A DNA stretch of 32,888 nt, from positions 1 to 32,888 of the IMG/VR virus record IMGVR_UViG_3300016476_000286; one strand, given 5' to 3'. The translations under genes and the position numbers were made by a program. The notes beneath the pieces were generated by a model. The model was not told the origin of the DNA, ran no database searches, and saw only the letters and a list, made by a program, of their open reading frames with translations. How positions within the stretch are numbered: position 1 is the first letter of the stretch; each line of letters opens with the position of its first letter. Below, in pieces: positions 8,517 through 16,194 of the stretch. Origin of the DNA: a virus. Lineage: Duplodnaviria > Caudoviricetes.

Positions 8517-9017
8517 ATGGCACAAGCATTATTTGTAACAAGGGATGAACTTGTAAAATTTACGGCATTGAACGGTAATATTGACACTGACAATTTTATT
8601 CAGTGGGTTAAGGTTGCACAAGATATTCATATTCAAAGCTATTTGGGTACTCGTTTGTTCAAAAAGATAAACGATGATATTGTCGCTGGCACGTTGTCGG
8701 GGAACTATTTGATGTTACTTAATACTTATATAAAGCCGATGCTTATTCATTGGTCGCTTGTGGAATACTTACCATTCGCTGCCTATACAATCGCTAACAA
8801 AGGAGTTTACAAGCATAGTTCTGAAAATAGCGAGAATGTAGATAAGAATGAGGTGGATTTTTTAGTAGAAAAAGAAAGAAGCATTGCTCAAAACTATACC
8901 CGTAGATTTGTGGATTATATGAGTTTTAATCAGTCATTATTTCCAGAATATACGGCAAATTCGAACGGCGATGTTTATCCAGATTTTGAATCAAACTTTG
9001 GTGGATGGGTACTATGA
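8517..9017 (+). CDS. Head-tail adaptor/connector (putative)
   Basis: Helical 166 aa directly after portal; AQDIHIQSYLGTRLF motif. Confidence 0.65.
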   Translation: MAQALFVTRDELVKFTALNGNIDTDNFIQWVKVAQDIHIQSYLGTRLFKKINDDIVAGTLSGNYLMLLNTYIKPMLIHWSLVEYLPFAAYTIANKGVYKHSSENSENVDKNEVDFLVEKERSIAQNYTRRFVDYMSFNQSLFPEYTANSNGDVYPDFESNFGGWVL

Positions 9018-9100
9018 AAAAAAGAGGTAACTATAAAGTAAAAGAACAGAACGTTCAAAAGTTAAGAATTTATTTAGCAAAATTAGAAGATGGCAAATAA
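9014..9100 (+). CDS. 28-aa basic peptide MKKRGNYKVKEQNVQKLRIYLAKLEDGK, not in ORF track
   Basis: ATGA overlap with upstream stop; overlaps next start and fills the gap. Confidence 0.55.
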   Translation: MKKRGNYKVKEQNVQKLRIYLAKLEDGK

Positions 9101-9323
9101 TATCGGATGGGGGCAAGGTGCTGATAACAATCTAATCGGTTGGGGGCAAGGTGCTTTGAATGCAATAGGATGGGGTTCATCTTATTTGAATAGTAATTCG
9201 GGAGGGACGAATATTTATCCTGTTACTTATAAATTATCAACTGATTTCAAGAGTAGAGTAGAAACGGATTCTGCTACCTTTGAAAGTATTTTATGTTTAA
9301 TTTCAACACTTAATAAAATATGA
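9090..9323 (+). CDS. Small virion protein with three IGWG repeats
   Basis: NNIGWGQG/NLIGWGQG/NAIGWGSS; C-terminal FKSRVETDSATFESILCL; ATGA overlap with next gene. Confidence 0.75.
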   Translation: MANNIGWGQGADNNLIGWGQGALNAIGWGSSYLNSNSGGTNIYPVTYKLSTDFKSRVETDSATFESILCLISTLNKI

Positions 9324-10585
9324 GTTTATTAGATTCGGCTTCATTGGTAGTAACTCCAAACGGCTATAAAGCAACAAAATTATATTCTATTGTTCCAAGC
9401 GATGGAACAGGAGATATGACATTTTCGAGGGCTGGCAATACGGCTACTCGTGTCAATTCATCTGGCTTGATTGAGGCAGTAAATGCTGATATTCCACGAC
9501 TTGATTATTTAGGTGGTGGATGTCCTAAACTATTATTAGAGCCACAAAGGACTAATTTGGTTCTACAAAGCAATGATTTAACGACTACTTGGTACAATGC
9601 TAATGCTTCCTTATTAAGTAATAATATAATCTCACCAGATGGTACTCAAAATGCTGATAAAATTTTAGCAAATACAACAAATGATTTTCACGTTTATCAA
9701 CAAACTATAACAGTTTCTTCTGGAATTGAACATACAATGTCCCTATTTGTTAAATCTGGCGAATATACAAATATTGAGTTAAGTGATTCAAGTAGTGGAA
9801 AGGGAAATGTCTTTAATTTAACTAATAAAACTATTTCTAATCCACAAACGGGAGGAATAACATCTGCTACATCGTCAAAAATAGAAGAATACTCAAATGG
9901 TTGGTTGAAATGTTCTATAACTTATACAACAGCTTCAACAACTGCATTTTTTAGAATTTCAATAAGCAACGGAACAACTACAAGTTTTAGTGGGAGTGCA
10001 TCATCTGGAATTTATGTTTACGGTGCTCAATTAGAAGCTGGTTCTTACTCAACTTCTTACATTCCAACTACTTCTGCAAGTGTTACAAGGAATGCGGATA
10101 ATTGCTATAAAAATTCTGCAACTGCATTAATTGGGCAAACTGAAGGAACTTTATTTGTTGATGAGATTCATGATGCTGGAGTTTTAAATAATAGTGGATT
10201 TGATGACACATTAGTAGCGATAACAGATGGAACGGCAGCAAATATGGTTGCAATATTCCATTATGGTTCAGGCGGTGGGGCAGCTTCTGTGGTTGTTTTT
10301 TTTGTAAGAGTAAGTAATACAACTCAAGCGGTTATTTTTTCAGACCCTTTACCTTCTGGAAGGTATAAGGTTGCTATTGGATATAAAGCAAATGACATTG
10401 TTGGATATATTAATGGAGTTCAAATTGGTTCGGATTCGATTGCAACAATCCCAGCTTGTTCAACAATTACATTAGTTGACCCAATTACAAATAATGTTGC
10501 AACGAAAACAATAAAAGATTCAACGATTGCAATTTGGAAAACACGTTTATCAAATAACGATTTAGCCGCATTAACATCTTTATAA
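9320..10585 (+). CDS. Fibre/spike protein with lectin-like (concanavalin/LamG-type) beta-sandwich domains
   Basis: Ser/Thr-rich; ATRVNSSGLIE, PRLDY, LLLEPQRTNL, GAQLEAGSYSTSYIPT, TRNAD motifs seen in phage fibre proteins. Confidence 0.7.
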   Translation: MSLLDSASLVVTPNGYKATKLYSIVPSDGTGDMTFSRAGNTATRVNSSGLIEAVNADIPRLDYLGGGCPKLLLEPQRTNLVLQSNDLTTTWYNANASLLSNNIISPDGTQNADKILANTTNDFHVYQQTITVSSGIEHTMSLFVKSGEYTNIELSDSSSGKGNVFNLTNKTISNPQTGGITSATSSKIEEYSNGWLKCSITYTTASTTAFFRISISNGTTTSFSGSASSGIYVYGAQLEAGSYSTSYIPTTSASVTRNADNCYKNSATALIGQTEGTLFVDEIHDAGVLNNSGFDDTLVAITDGTAANMVAIFHYGSGGGAASVVVFFVRVSNTTQAVIFSDPLPSGRYKVAIGYKANDIVGYINGVQIGSDSIATIPACSTITLVDPITNNVATKTIKDSTIAIWKTRLSNNDLAALTSL

Positions 10586-10586
10586 T

Positions 10587-10937
10587 ATGAAATTTAGAAA
10601 ATACGAATTTTTGCCAGAGGAATGGGCAACATTAAAAGATTCGATTCAAGTAAATAATTTATTTGATAAAAAAGAATTGGTTTCTTACAATCAAGATTTA
10701 ATCGTTTCGGTTGTTGAGATTGGGCATATCATGATAACGCCTCCTGTTATTGGAGAAGATTTAGAAGTTATTGAAAATGCAGTTTTGTCCGACAAATATT
10801 CGGTAGATATTTTGTGGAAGGATGAGCCATTGGAATCTTTTGAATCTTACGAAATTTGGTGTGAGCCAATCGGAACACATAGCTTTGGTTCAGACATTGA
10901 TGCAGATTACATTAACGAATATAAAGCAAGACAATGA
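10587..10937 (+). CDS. Hypothetical acidic protein (possible fibre chaperone)
   Basis: 116 aa, coupled between fibre and lysis genes. Confidence 0.65.
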   Translation: MKFRKYEFLPEEWATLKDSIQVNNLFDKKELVSYNQDLIVSVVEIGHIMITPPVIGEDLEVIENAVLSDKYSVDILWKDEPLESFESYEIWCEPIGTHSFGSDIDADYINEYKARQ

Positions 10938-11236
10938 ATTTAGATGATATTATTTTGCCTTCTGCGACAGGTGCATTAGGTGCTTTTATAAGCTGGATAT
11001 TCGGGAAACGTAAGGAAGATGTAGAGGTAAAGGGAAGCGAATTAGACAACACCGAAAAAGCCGTTAAACTTTGGAGAGAAATGGCAGAGGAACTAAAGAA
11101 ACAAGTTGATGAACTATCTGGTAAGGTCGATACCTTGATGCAAGAAGTTCACAATTTACGTTTAGAGAATGCCGAATTAAGACAAAACATCGATGCGAAT
11201 AAGCGAAAAGGGAATCAATCTAATAAAAAAGTATGA
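10934..11236 (+). CDS. Putative holin-like protein (one N-terminal hydrophobic helix plus coiled coil)
   Basis: IILPSATGALGAFISWIFG; directly upstream of endolysin. Confidence 0.5.
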   Translation: MNLDDIILPSATGALGAFISWIFGKRKEDVEVKGSELDNTEKAVKLWREMAEELKKQVDELSGKVDTLMQEVHNLRLENAELRQNIDANKRKGNQSNKKV

Positions 11237-11639
11237 GGCGTTTAGTTCCGTGCCTTATGTTTGCCCAGCTGGTCTGCCAACCATAGGGTACGGGAACACC
11301 TATTATCCAAATATGCAAAAGGTCAAAATGACCGACAAAGCAATAACAAAAGATGAGGCAGATGTTATTTTTAAAAAGGTATTATCGTACTTTGAAACGG
11401 ATGTTAACGTTTACGTTATTCCAAATCTTAAACAACAACAATTTGATGCACTTTGTTCGTTTGCTTACAATGTAGGTATCGGCAATTTTAAAAGTTCAAC
11501 ATTGCTAAAGAAGGTAAATGCTAATCCAAATGACCCAACTATTAAAGCAGAATTTCTAAAATGGAACAAGTCAAAAGGCAGAGTATTAAATGGATTAACC
11601 AAACGAAGAAATGAAGAAGCTAATTTATATTTTAGTTAG
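11193..11639 (+). CDS. Endolysin, GH24 phage lysozyme
   Basis: LIKKYE, CPAGLPTIGYGNT, QQFDALCSFAYNVG, GLTKRRNEEA. Confidence 0.93.
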   Translation: MRISEKGINLIKKYEAFSSVPYVCPAGLPTIGYGNTYYPNMQKVKMTDKAITKDEADVIFKKVLSYFETDVNVYVIPNLKQQQFDALCSFAYNVGIGNFKSSTLLKKVNANPNDPTIKAEFLKWNKSKGRVLNGLTKRRNEEANLYFS

Positions 11640-12066
11640 TATTTCAATTTTGGCTTGTAAGCCACAAAAATCAGTTACAGAGTATAAATATATTAGCAAG
11701 ACTGATACGTTGATTAGAAGCGAAATAAACACTATCTACAAAGGTGTTACCGATACAATCACGATTGAAAATCCTTGCGATTCGGTTGGTATTATAAATT
11801 CATTCTATACAAAACTTGTTTTGCCTAATGGTATCATTGAAATCAAATCGAATAAAAAGAACAATCAGCTTACAGGGATTGTTAGGATTAATGATATTGT
11901 ATCAAGTAATAAATCACAAAAGCAATCAAGCAATGCAGAAAGCATTACTACAAAGACAAAAGAAGTAATCAAATATCGAATACCTTCATGGCTAATCATT
12001 GCACTTATGATAGAAACATTTATTATAATTGCATATTTATATCTCAAATATGGATTTAAAAGATAA
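11611..12066 (+). CDS. Putative unimolecular spanin
   Basis: Lipoprotein signal MKKLIYILVSISILA-C, beta-rich middle, C-terminal TM helix; follows endolysin. Confidence 0.7.
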   Translation: MKKLIYILVSISILACKPQKSVTEYKYISKTDTLIRSEINTIYKGVTDTITIENPCDSVGIINSFYTKLVLPNGIIEIKSNKKNNQLTGIVRINDIVSSNKSQKQSSNAESITTKTKEVIKYRIPSWLIIALMIETFIIIAYLYLKYGFKR

Positions 12067-13042
12067 AATTGATGTAATTAAGCAACATTTTAATTCCACG
12101 AATCTCGGAATTACAAAATTTTGTTCAGATTTCTTTGATGTGTATGGTTTTAACCAGCCCGAATCAATGAGGAGATGGATGAATAAAAACGATTTGGGAA
12201 ACAAGGCAAGGGTAGAACAAACCGCAAAACCTATTTCAAAAGGCAAAATACAATCATTTGATGTACATTTGCTTGAAAATTACGGCATCCTTGATTCAAT
12301 CGGGCAAGAATATACAAGCTACAAATTACCGCCAGAGTTTAAACGAATTGGAGTTTTATCAGATATTCACTTCCCATTTCATTCGATGGAGGCTTTAATC
12401 CCAGCGATTAAATACCTAAAAGAAAAAGAGATTGATTGCCTTTATTTGAACGGAGATATATTTGATTTTTATTCTATTAGCAGACATGAGAAAGACCCAG
12501 ACCTACGAGATTTTAAGAGAGAGGTTGAAATGTGTAGGGATTTCGTTCAAAAGCTAAAAGATATTTTCCCTAATTGCTTACTTGTTTACAAATTAGGAAA
12601 CCACGAGGATAGGTATGCAAGAAGCTTACAAGTACAAGCCGAAGAGTTTGCCCAGCTTCACGATTTGCAGTTCCATGTTTTCTTTCACTTGGATAGATTA
12701 GGTTATCAAATAGTTGATTCGTGGAGAGGTTGCGAGATTGGCGATTTGTTGGTTATTCATGGACACGAGGGTTTTGGAACAGGTGGTGTAAACCCAAGTC
12801 AAAGTTTATTTAATAAAATGTATTGTAATACTTTAATGGGTCATGTTCATAGGACTACTAATACAATGAAGAAAACAGGTTTTAATAAAGTTATAAATAC
12901 ATATAGTACGGGTTGTTTAACTACATTGACACCTAAATATATGCCTTATAACAACCACAATCACGGGTTCGCATATTTAGAAGTTAACAATGGAATTACA
13001 AAAGTTGAAAATATTATTATTAAAGACGGGAAAATAGTGTAA
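12050..13042 (+). CDS. Calcineurin-like metallophosphoesterase
   Basis: SDIH, NGDIFD, GNHE, HGH, GHVH motifs in order. Confidence 0.88.
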   Translation: MDLKDKIDVIKQHFNSTNLGITKFCSDFFDVYGFNQPESMRRWMNKNDLGNKARVEQTAKPISKGKIQSFDVHLLENYGILDSIGQEYTSYKLPPEFKRIGVLSDIHFPFHSMEALIPAIKYLKEKEIDCLYLNGDIFDFYSISRHEKDPDLRDFKREVEMCRDFVQKLKDIFPNCLLVYKLGNHEDRYARSLQVQAEEFAQLHDLQFHVFFHLDRLGYQIVDSWRGCEIGDLLVIHGHEGFGTGGVNPSQSLFNKMYCNTLMGHVHRTTNTMKKTGFNKVINTYSTGCLTTLTPKYMPYNNHNHGFAYLEVNNGITKVENIIIKDGKIV

Positions 13043-13047
13043 ATTTG
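13040..13047 (+). promoter_or_regulatory. Bacteroidota housekeeping -7 element
   Basis: TAAATTTG matches TAnnTTTG; predicted +1 near 13051. Confidence 0.6.
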
Positions 13048-13050
13048 TAT

Positions 13051-13142
13051 TAGCAACTGCAACTGCTATTTCAAAACATTAACGGCACATCTTATTTATA
13101 AATGGTTGCAGATTTATATTTAATTTGTGCCTTTATTATTTT
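13051..13142 (+). ncRNA. Structured 5' leader: two hairpins with complementary loops (kissing loop)
   Basis: TAGCA/TGCTA stem with loop CTGCAAC; GGCACA/TGTGCC and TATAAAT/ATTTATA stems with loop GTTGCAG. Confidence 0.65.
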
Positions 13143-13637
13143 ATGGAAATTTATGTTAAAGCAAATTGTGAATTTGAGAATTACTTGATAAGCAATTTAA
13201 CAAATGTAAAAAATGAAATTACAGGTAGGATACTTAAACCACAATTAGATAGATATGGTTACAATTATGTAACTTTAAATAAAAATGGCAAGTCGAAAAA
13301 ATTCAAATTGCATAGATTAATGGCAATGACATTTATTAAAAATTTTGAAAATAAAAAAGAAGTAAATCACATCAATGGCATAAAAACTGATAATAGGATT
13401 GAAAATTTAGAATGGGTTACACATTTTGAAAATCAAATGCACAAAACTCTAATGATGAAAAAAACAAGCAAATACATAGGTGTTTGTTTTTATAAGCAAA
13501 CAAAAAAATGGAAATCCCAAATTCAGATTAATAATAAAAAAATCTCTATTGGTTATTTTGATACTGAAATAGAAGCATATAATGCAAGATTAAAATTCGA
13601 AAAAAATAATAGCATTATTAACAAATATATTGTTTAA
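13143..13637 (+). CDS. HNH homing endonuclease (NUMOD4-like N-terminus, HNH, AP2 domain)
   Basis: LHRLMAMTFI, VNHINGIKTDNRIENLEWVT, SKYIGV...KWKSQI...IGYFDTEIEA; very AT-rich. Confidence 0.92.
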   Translation: MEIYVKANCEFENYLISNLTNVKNEITGRILKPQLDRYGYNYVTLNKNGKSKKFKLHRLMAMTFIKNFENKKEVNHINGIKTDNRIENLEWVTHFENQMHKTLMMKKTSKYIGVCFYKQTKKWKSQIQINNKKISIGYFDTEIEAYNARLKFEKNNSIINKYIV

Positions 13638-13642
13638 ATTTG
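13635..13642 (+). promoter_or_regulatory. Bacteroidota -7 element upstream of a short non-coding transcript
   Basis: TAAATTTG; no credible + strand ORF between it and the terminator at 13697. Confidence 0.55.
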
Positions 13643-13645
13643 AGT

Positions 13646-13728
13646 GTGAGTAAATAGTGTGATGATTTTTTCATAATAGTTAGGTTTTTCTATTTTAAAG
13701 GCAGTTTGTATTTCATTCTGCCTTTTTT
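13646..13728 (+). ncRNA. Candidate antisense small RNA against early-gene start regions
   Basis: Bounded by -7 element and terminator; complementary to start regions of genes at 13811, 14016, 14165 and 14695. Confidence 0.55.
13697..13728 (+). terminator. Intrinsic terminator at late/early junction
   Basis: AAAGGCAG-13 nt-CTGCCTTT followed by more T. Confidence 0.75.
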
Positions 13729-13736
13729 GTAAATTG

Positions 13737-13790
13737 TTATAAAATTTTTTATAAATAATTTTTTAATTCAAAAACTTTGTGTAATTTTAC
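13737..13790 (+). promoter_or_regulatory. Putative early promoter region with AT-only palindrome
   Basis: TAATTTTA (13782-13789) is one mismatch from TAnnTTTG; TTATAAAA-tt-TTTTATAA at 13737-13754. Confidence 0.45.
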
Positions 13791-13810
13791 ATCAACAAAA
13801 CGAAACTATT

Positions 13811-14029
13811 ATGAAAAATCTATTAGAATGCTTAAAACCAGAACACAGAGATTCTATTACAAAAAATGCTTATCAAAGCATGGCAAATCAAGTTTTCCAA
13901 GATTTACAAAATAACTATTCAATTCTTGACTTAAAATTTGAAACCATTATTCATCTTGGTATGTTGCTTGACATTTATCCAATTTTATTTACCGAAATCG
14001 ACAATTTATTCAATTATGAAACTAATTAA
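13811..14029 (+). CDS. Hypothetical protein, first early gene
   Basis: A-rich leader, 72 aa. Confidence 0.7.
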   Translation: MKNLLECLKPEHRDSITKNAYQSMANQVFQDLQNNYSILDLKFETIIHLGMLLDIYPILFTEIDNLFNYETN

Positions 14030-14168
14030 AAAACTATTTACGTTCACAGGGGAGGAAAGTGATAACGTAATCATCGGCAAAGCTGCCTTAATTGCAATGG
14101 TAATTTTCCCATTTGCTTATTTACTTGGACATTTATTTATTGAACTTTTAGCTTATATTGTAAAATGA
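14016..14168 (+). CDS. Small membrane protein
   Basis: Hydrophobic C-terminal segment; ATG 14016 preferred; overlaps next start. Confidence 0.6.
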   Translation: MKLIKKLFTFTGEESDNVIIGKAALIAMVIFPFAYLLGHLFIELLAYIVK

Positions 14169-14698
14169 AAAACCTAATTAAAATTCAGAGAGAGTTAAAC
14201 TGCCCAAAGAATCAGTTTAACAAATTTGGTGGTTACAACTACCGAAACCAAGAGGACATCCTCGAAGCAGTTAAGCCATTGCTTGGCGATTCAATACTAA
14301 TCGTTTCAGATGAGATTGTGGAGATTGGTGGAAGGGTTTACGTTAAGGCAACTGCTACCTTTGTGGAAGGAGAGCATACAGTTTCGACTACTGCATTCGC
14401 AAGAGAGCCAGAAAGCCAAAAGGGAATGAACGATTCGCAAATCACAGGAAGTGCATCAAGCTATGCTCGGAAGTATGCTTTGAATGGATTGTTCTTAATC
14501 GATGATGTAAAGGATGCGGATTCGACCAACACACACGACAAGCCTATTTCAATGAATGGTCAATGGTGGCAACAAGAACTTGCCAAGATAGATAACTTGG
14601 AAGATTTAGGTTTGTTCTATACCAACAATAAATCGAAAATCGATGGTAAGCAAGAGTTGATACAATTATTCACTAAACGCAAATTAGAACTACAATGA
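14165..14698 (+). CDS. erf: ERF-family ssDNA annealing protein
   Basis: PKNQFNKFGGYNYR..EDILEAVKP, QITGSASSYARKYALNGLFLID. Confidence 0.92.
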   Translation: MKNLIKIQRELNCPKNQFNKFGGYNYRNQEDILEAVKPLLGDSILIVSDEIVEIGGRVYVKATATFVEGEHTVSTTAFAREPESQKGMNDSQITGSASSYARKYALNGLFLIDDVKDADSTNTHDKPISMNGQWWQQELAKIDNLEDLGLFYTNNKSKIDGKQELIQLFTKRKLELQ

Positions 14699-15162
14699 AC
14701 CTAATTAACATAGGAAGCGATTTGGATGTTTTAGAAATGAACAAATCGGATTTAATAAGAATTTCTGAATCACTTGTGAATAACTTTGACGAATCAATTA
14801 AAAGCCCATTGAAAATGTTAGCATTTGTTTCCAAGATGAAAACGATGTTAGAAACAATCGAATCTGGATTGACTGCTAAATCAATGACCGAACTTGAATC
14901 GTACAATGGCAAACATTTTGCCTTTGGTATTGAGTTTCAATTATCAGAGGCTGGAGTAAAATACGATTATTCAGCTAATAAGAAATGGGTTGAATTAAAC
15001 GACCAAATTAAATCTTTAGAGGAGAAACGTAAAGCAATGGAGGCATTCATTAAGTCTTTAAAGCAATCGATTACCGAAGTAGATGAAGAGACAGGAGAAG
15101 CGATTAAATGGTTTCCTCCAGCTAAATCAAGTACAACAACAATTAAAAAACGCATAGTATGA
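14695..15162 (+). CDS. Hypothetical protein in recombination module
   Basis: 155 aa, coupled on both sides; GVKYDYS plus coiled coil. Confidence 0.75.
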   Translation: MNLINIGSDLDVLEMNKSDLIRISESLVNNFDESIKSPLKMLAFVSKMKTMLETIESGLTAKSMTELESYNGKHFAFGIEFQLSEAGVKYDYSANKKWVELNDQIKSLEEKRKAMEAFIKSLKQSITEVDEETGEAIKWFPPAKSSTTTIKKRIV

Positions 15163-15446
15163 CAACTGAAAAAAAATTCGCAAATGGCATTTTATTTAAG
15201 AGAAATGAAAATGCACCAGATTTCGTAATCGGTAAACTATCCTTCAAGGTAGATGAAGCCGTAAAGTTTTTAGAGGAAAATTCAGAAAATGGCTGGGTAA
15301 ATTTAAACATTAACAAAAGCCAAAATGGAAAGTTTTATATCGAATTGGATGAGTGGAAGCCTACGCAAAAAAGTGTTTCAACACAAATGCCAACCGAACA
15401 AGTTAAGCTAATCAATACAGGAATAGAAAGTAGTTTACCGTTCTAA
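15159..15446 (+). CDS. Putative small ssDNA-binding protein
   Basis: Beta-rich core, flexible tail ending LPF; near ERF. Confidence 0.55.
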   Translation: MTTEKKFANGILFKRNENAPDFVIGKLSFKVDEAVKFLEENSENGWVNLNINKSQNGKFYIELDEWKPTQKSVSTQMPTEQVKLINTGIESSLPF

Positions 15447-15450
15447 AATT

Positions 15451-15657
15451 ATGAAAGTAAGAAAGATGAGTTTTTATGCCCAAGTGGCTCAAAGATTAAA
15501 CGAGAGGGGTATCTTGCCCTTCTCGGCAAGAGAATGGAATGTACCATTAGTTCAACGTGTTATCTATGGAAAATCGAAAGACCTTGATGCGATTAAAGCG
15601 ATACAGGAAGTCGCAAAAGAATTCGCAGAAGCTGGGATTCAAATCCCACAACTATGA
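15451..15657 (+). CDS. Small HTH-like DNA-binding protein
   Basis: VAQRLNERGI...WNVPLVQRVI resembles the serine-recombinase 'recombinase' DNA-binding motif. Confidence 0.55.
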   Translation: MKVRKMSFYAQVAQRLNERGILPFSAREWNVPLVQRVIYGKSKDLDAIKAIQEVAKEFAEAGIQIPQL

Positions 15658-15723
15658 CCAAGCCGTGTTACATTACTCAATTATAGGAGTAATCATTTGT
15701 TTAATCATTATTATTTGCAACCA

Positions 15724-15891
15724 ATGGATAAAAAGCTAACATACACCGAATGGCATCAACATTTGGCAAAAGAATTAGAAAAGGATTATAGAAAACTTAA
15801 ACTAAAAAGAAATGAAAACATTCAGAGAGTACTTCAACCAAAACCCACAGATATATGTGGAGTACAAGAAGGTAGCATACAACCTAATTAA
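15724..15891 (+). CDS. Hypothetical protein
   Basis: ATG 15724; long overlap with next gene. Confidence 0.45.
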   Translation: MDKKLTYTEWHQHLAKELEKDYRKLKLKRNENIQRVLQPKPTDICGVQEGSIQPN

Positions 15892-16084
15892 TCGTGGATA
15901 CAAGCGATTGTCAAGCAAGTTTATTTTTGAAATTGTACGTTACAATACAAACGTTTCTGGTAATGATGGCTTCAAGATTAACAACATTTACACTGCTGAT
16001 TATGCAAGGCAGTTTGAAAAAGACCACCAACAATATGCTGGATATTTTACCAAAAGATTTGTAAAAGACAAAGAAATTGTTTAA
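15812..16084 (+). CDS. Conserved phage hypothetical protein
   Basis: F..YFNQNP.IY, IFEIVRY, FKINN.YTA.YAR pattern. Confidence 0.7.
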   Translation: MKTFREYFNQNPQIYVEYKKVAYNLINRGYKRLSSKFIFEIVRYNTNVSGNDGFKINNIYTADYARQFEKDHQQYAGYFTKRFVKDKEIV

Positions 16085-16089
16085 TATTG
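16058..16089 (+). promoter_or_regulatory. Bacteroidota-type promoter for replication gene
   Basis: TTTG (16058-16061), 20-nt spacer, TAATATTG (one mismatch to TAnnTTTG). Confidence 0.5.
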
Positions 16090-16096
16090 TAATGTA

Positions 16097-16194
16097 GATG
16101 CCTTCTCACATTATAGCATCAAAGGACTTAAAATGCCTTCATTCAATGAAATCGAAGTGAGAAGCGATGGATTTGTTTGGAGGCTTTTTTATTT
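16097..16194 (+). ncRNA. Structured 5' leader: two hairpins with complementary loops (kissing loop)
   Basis: GATGC/GCATC stem with loop CTTCTCAC; GCCTTCA/TGGAGGC and ATCG/CGAT stems with loop GTGAGAAG. Confidence 0.65.

Noticed and set aside
13125-13142. Upstream TTG starts at 13125 and 16177
   Set aside because: Both fall within the leader hairpin; the ATGGAA starts at 13143 and 16195 fit the domain boundaries.
13618-13674. Minus-strand 18-aa ORF MKKSSHYLLTLKFKQYIC with a good A-rich leader
   Set aside because: No minus-strand promoter found, and the start-like appearance is what an antisense RNA to start regions would give. Not fully excluded.
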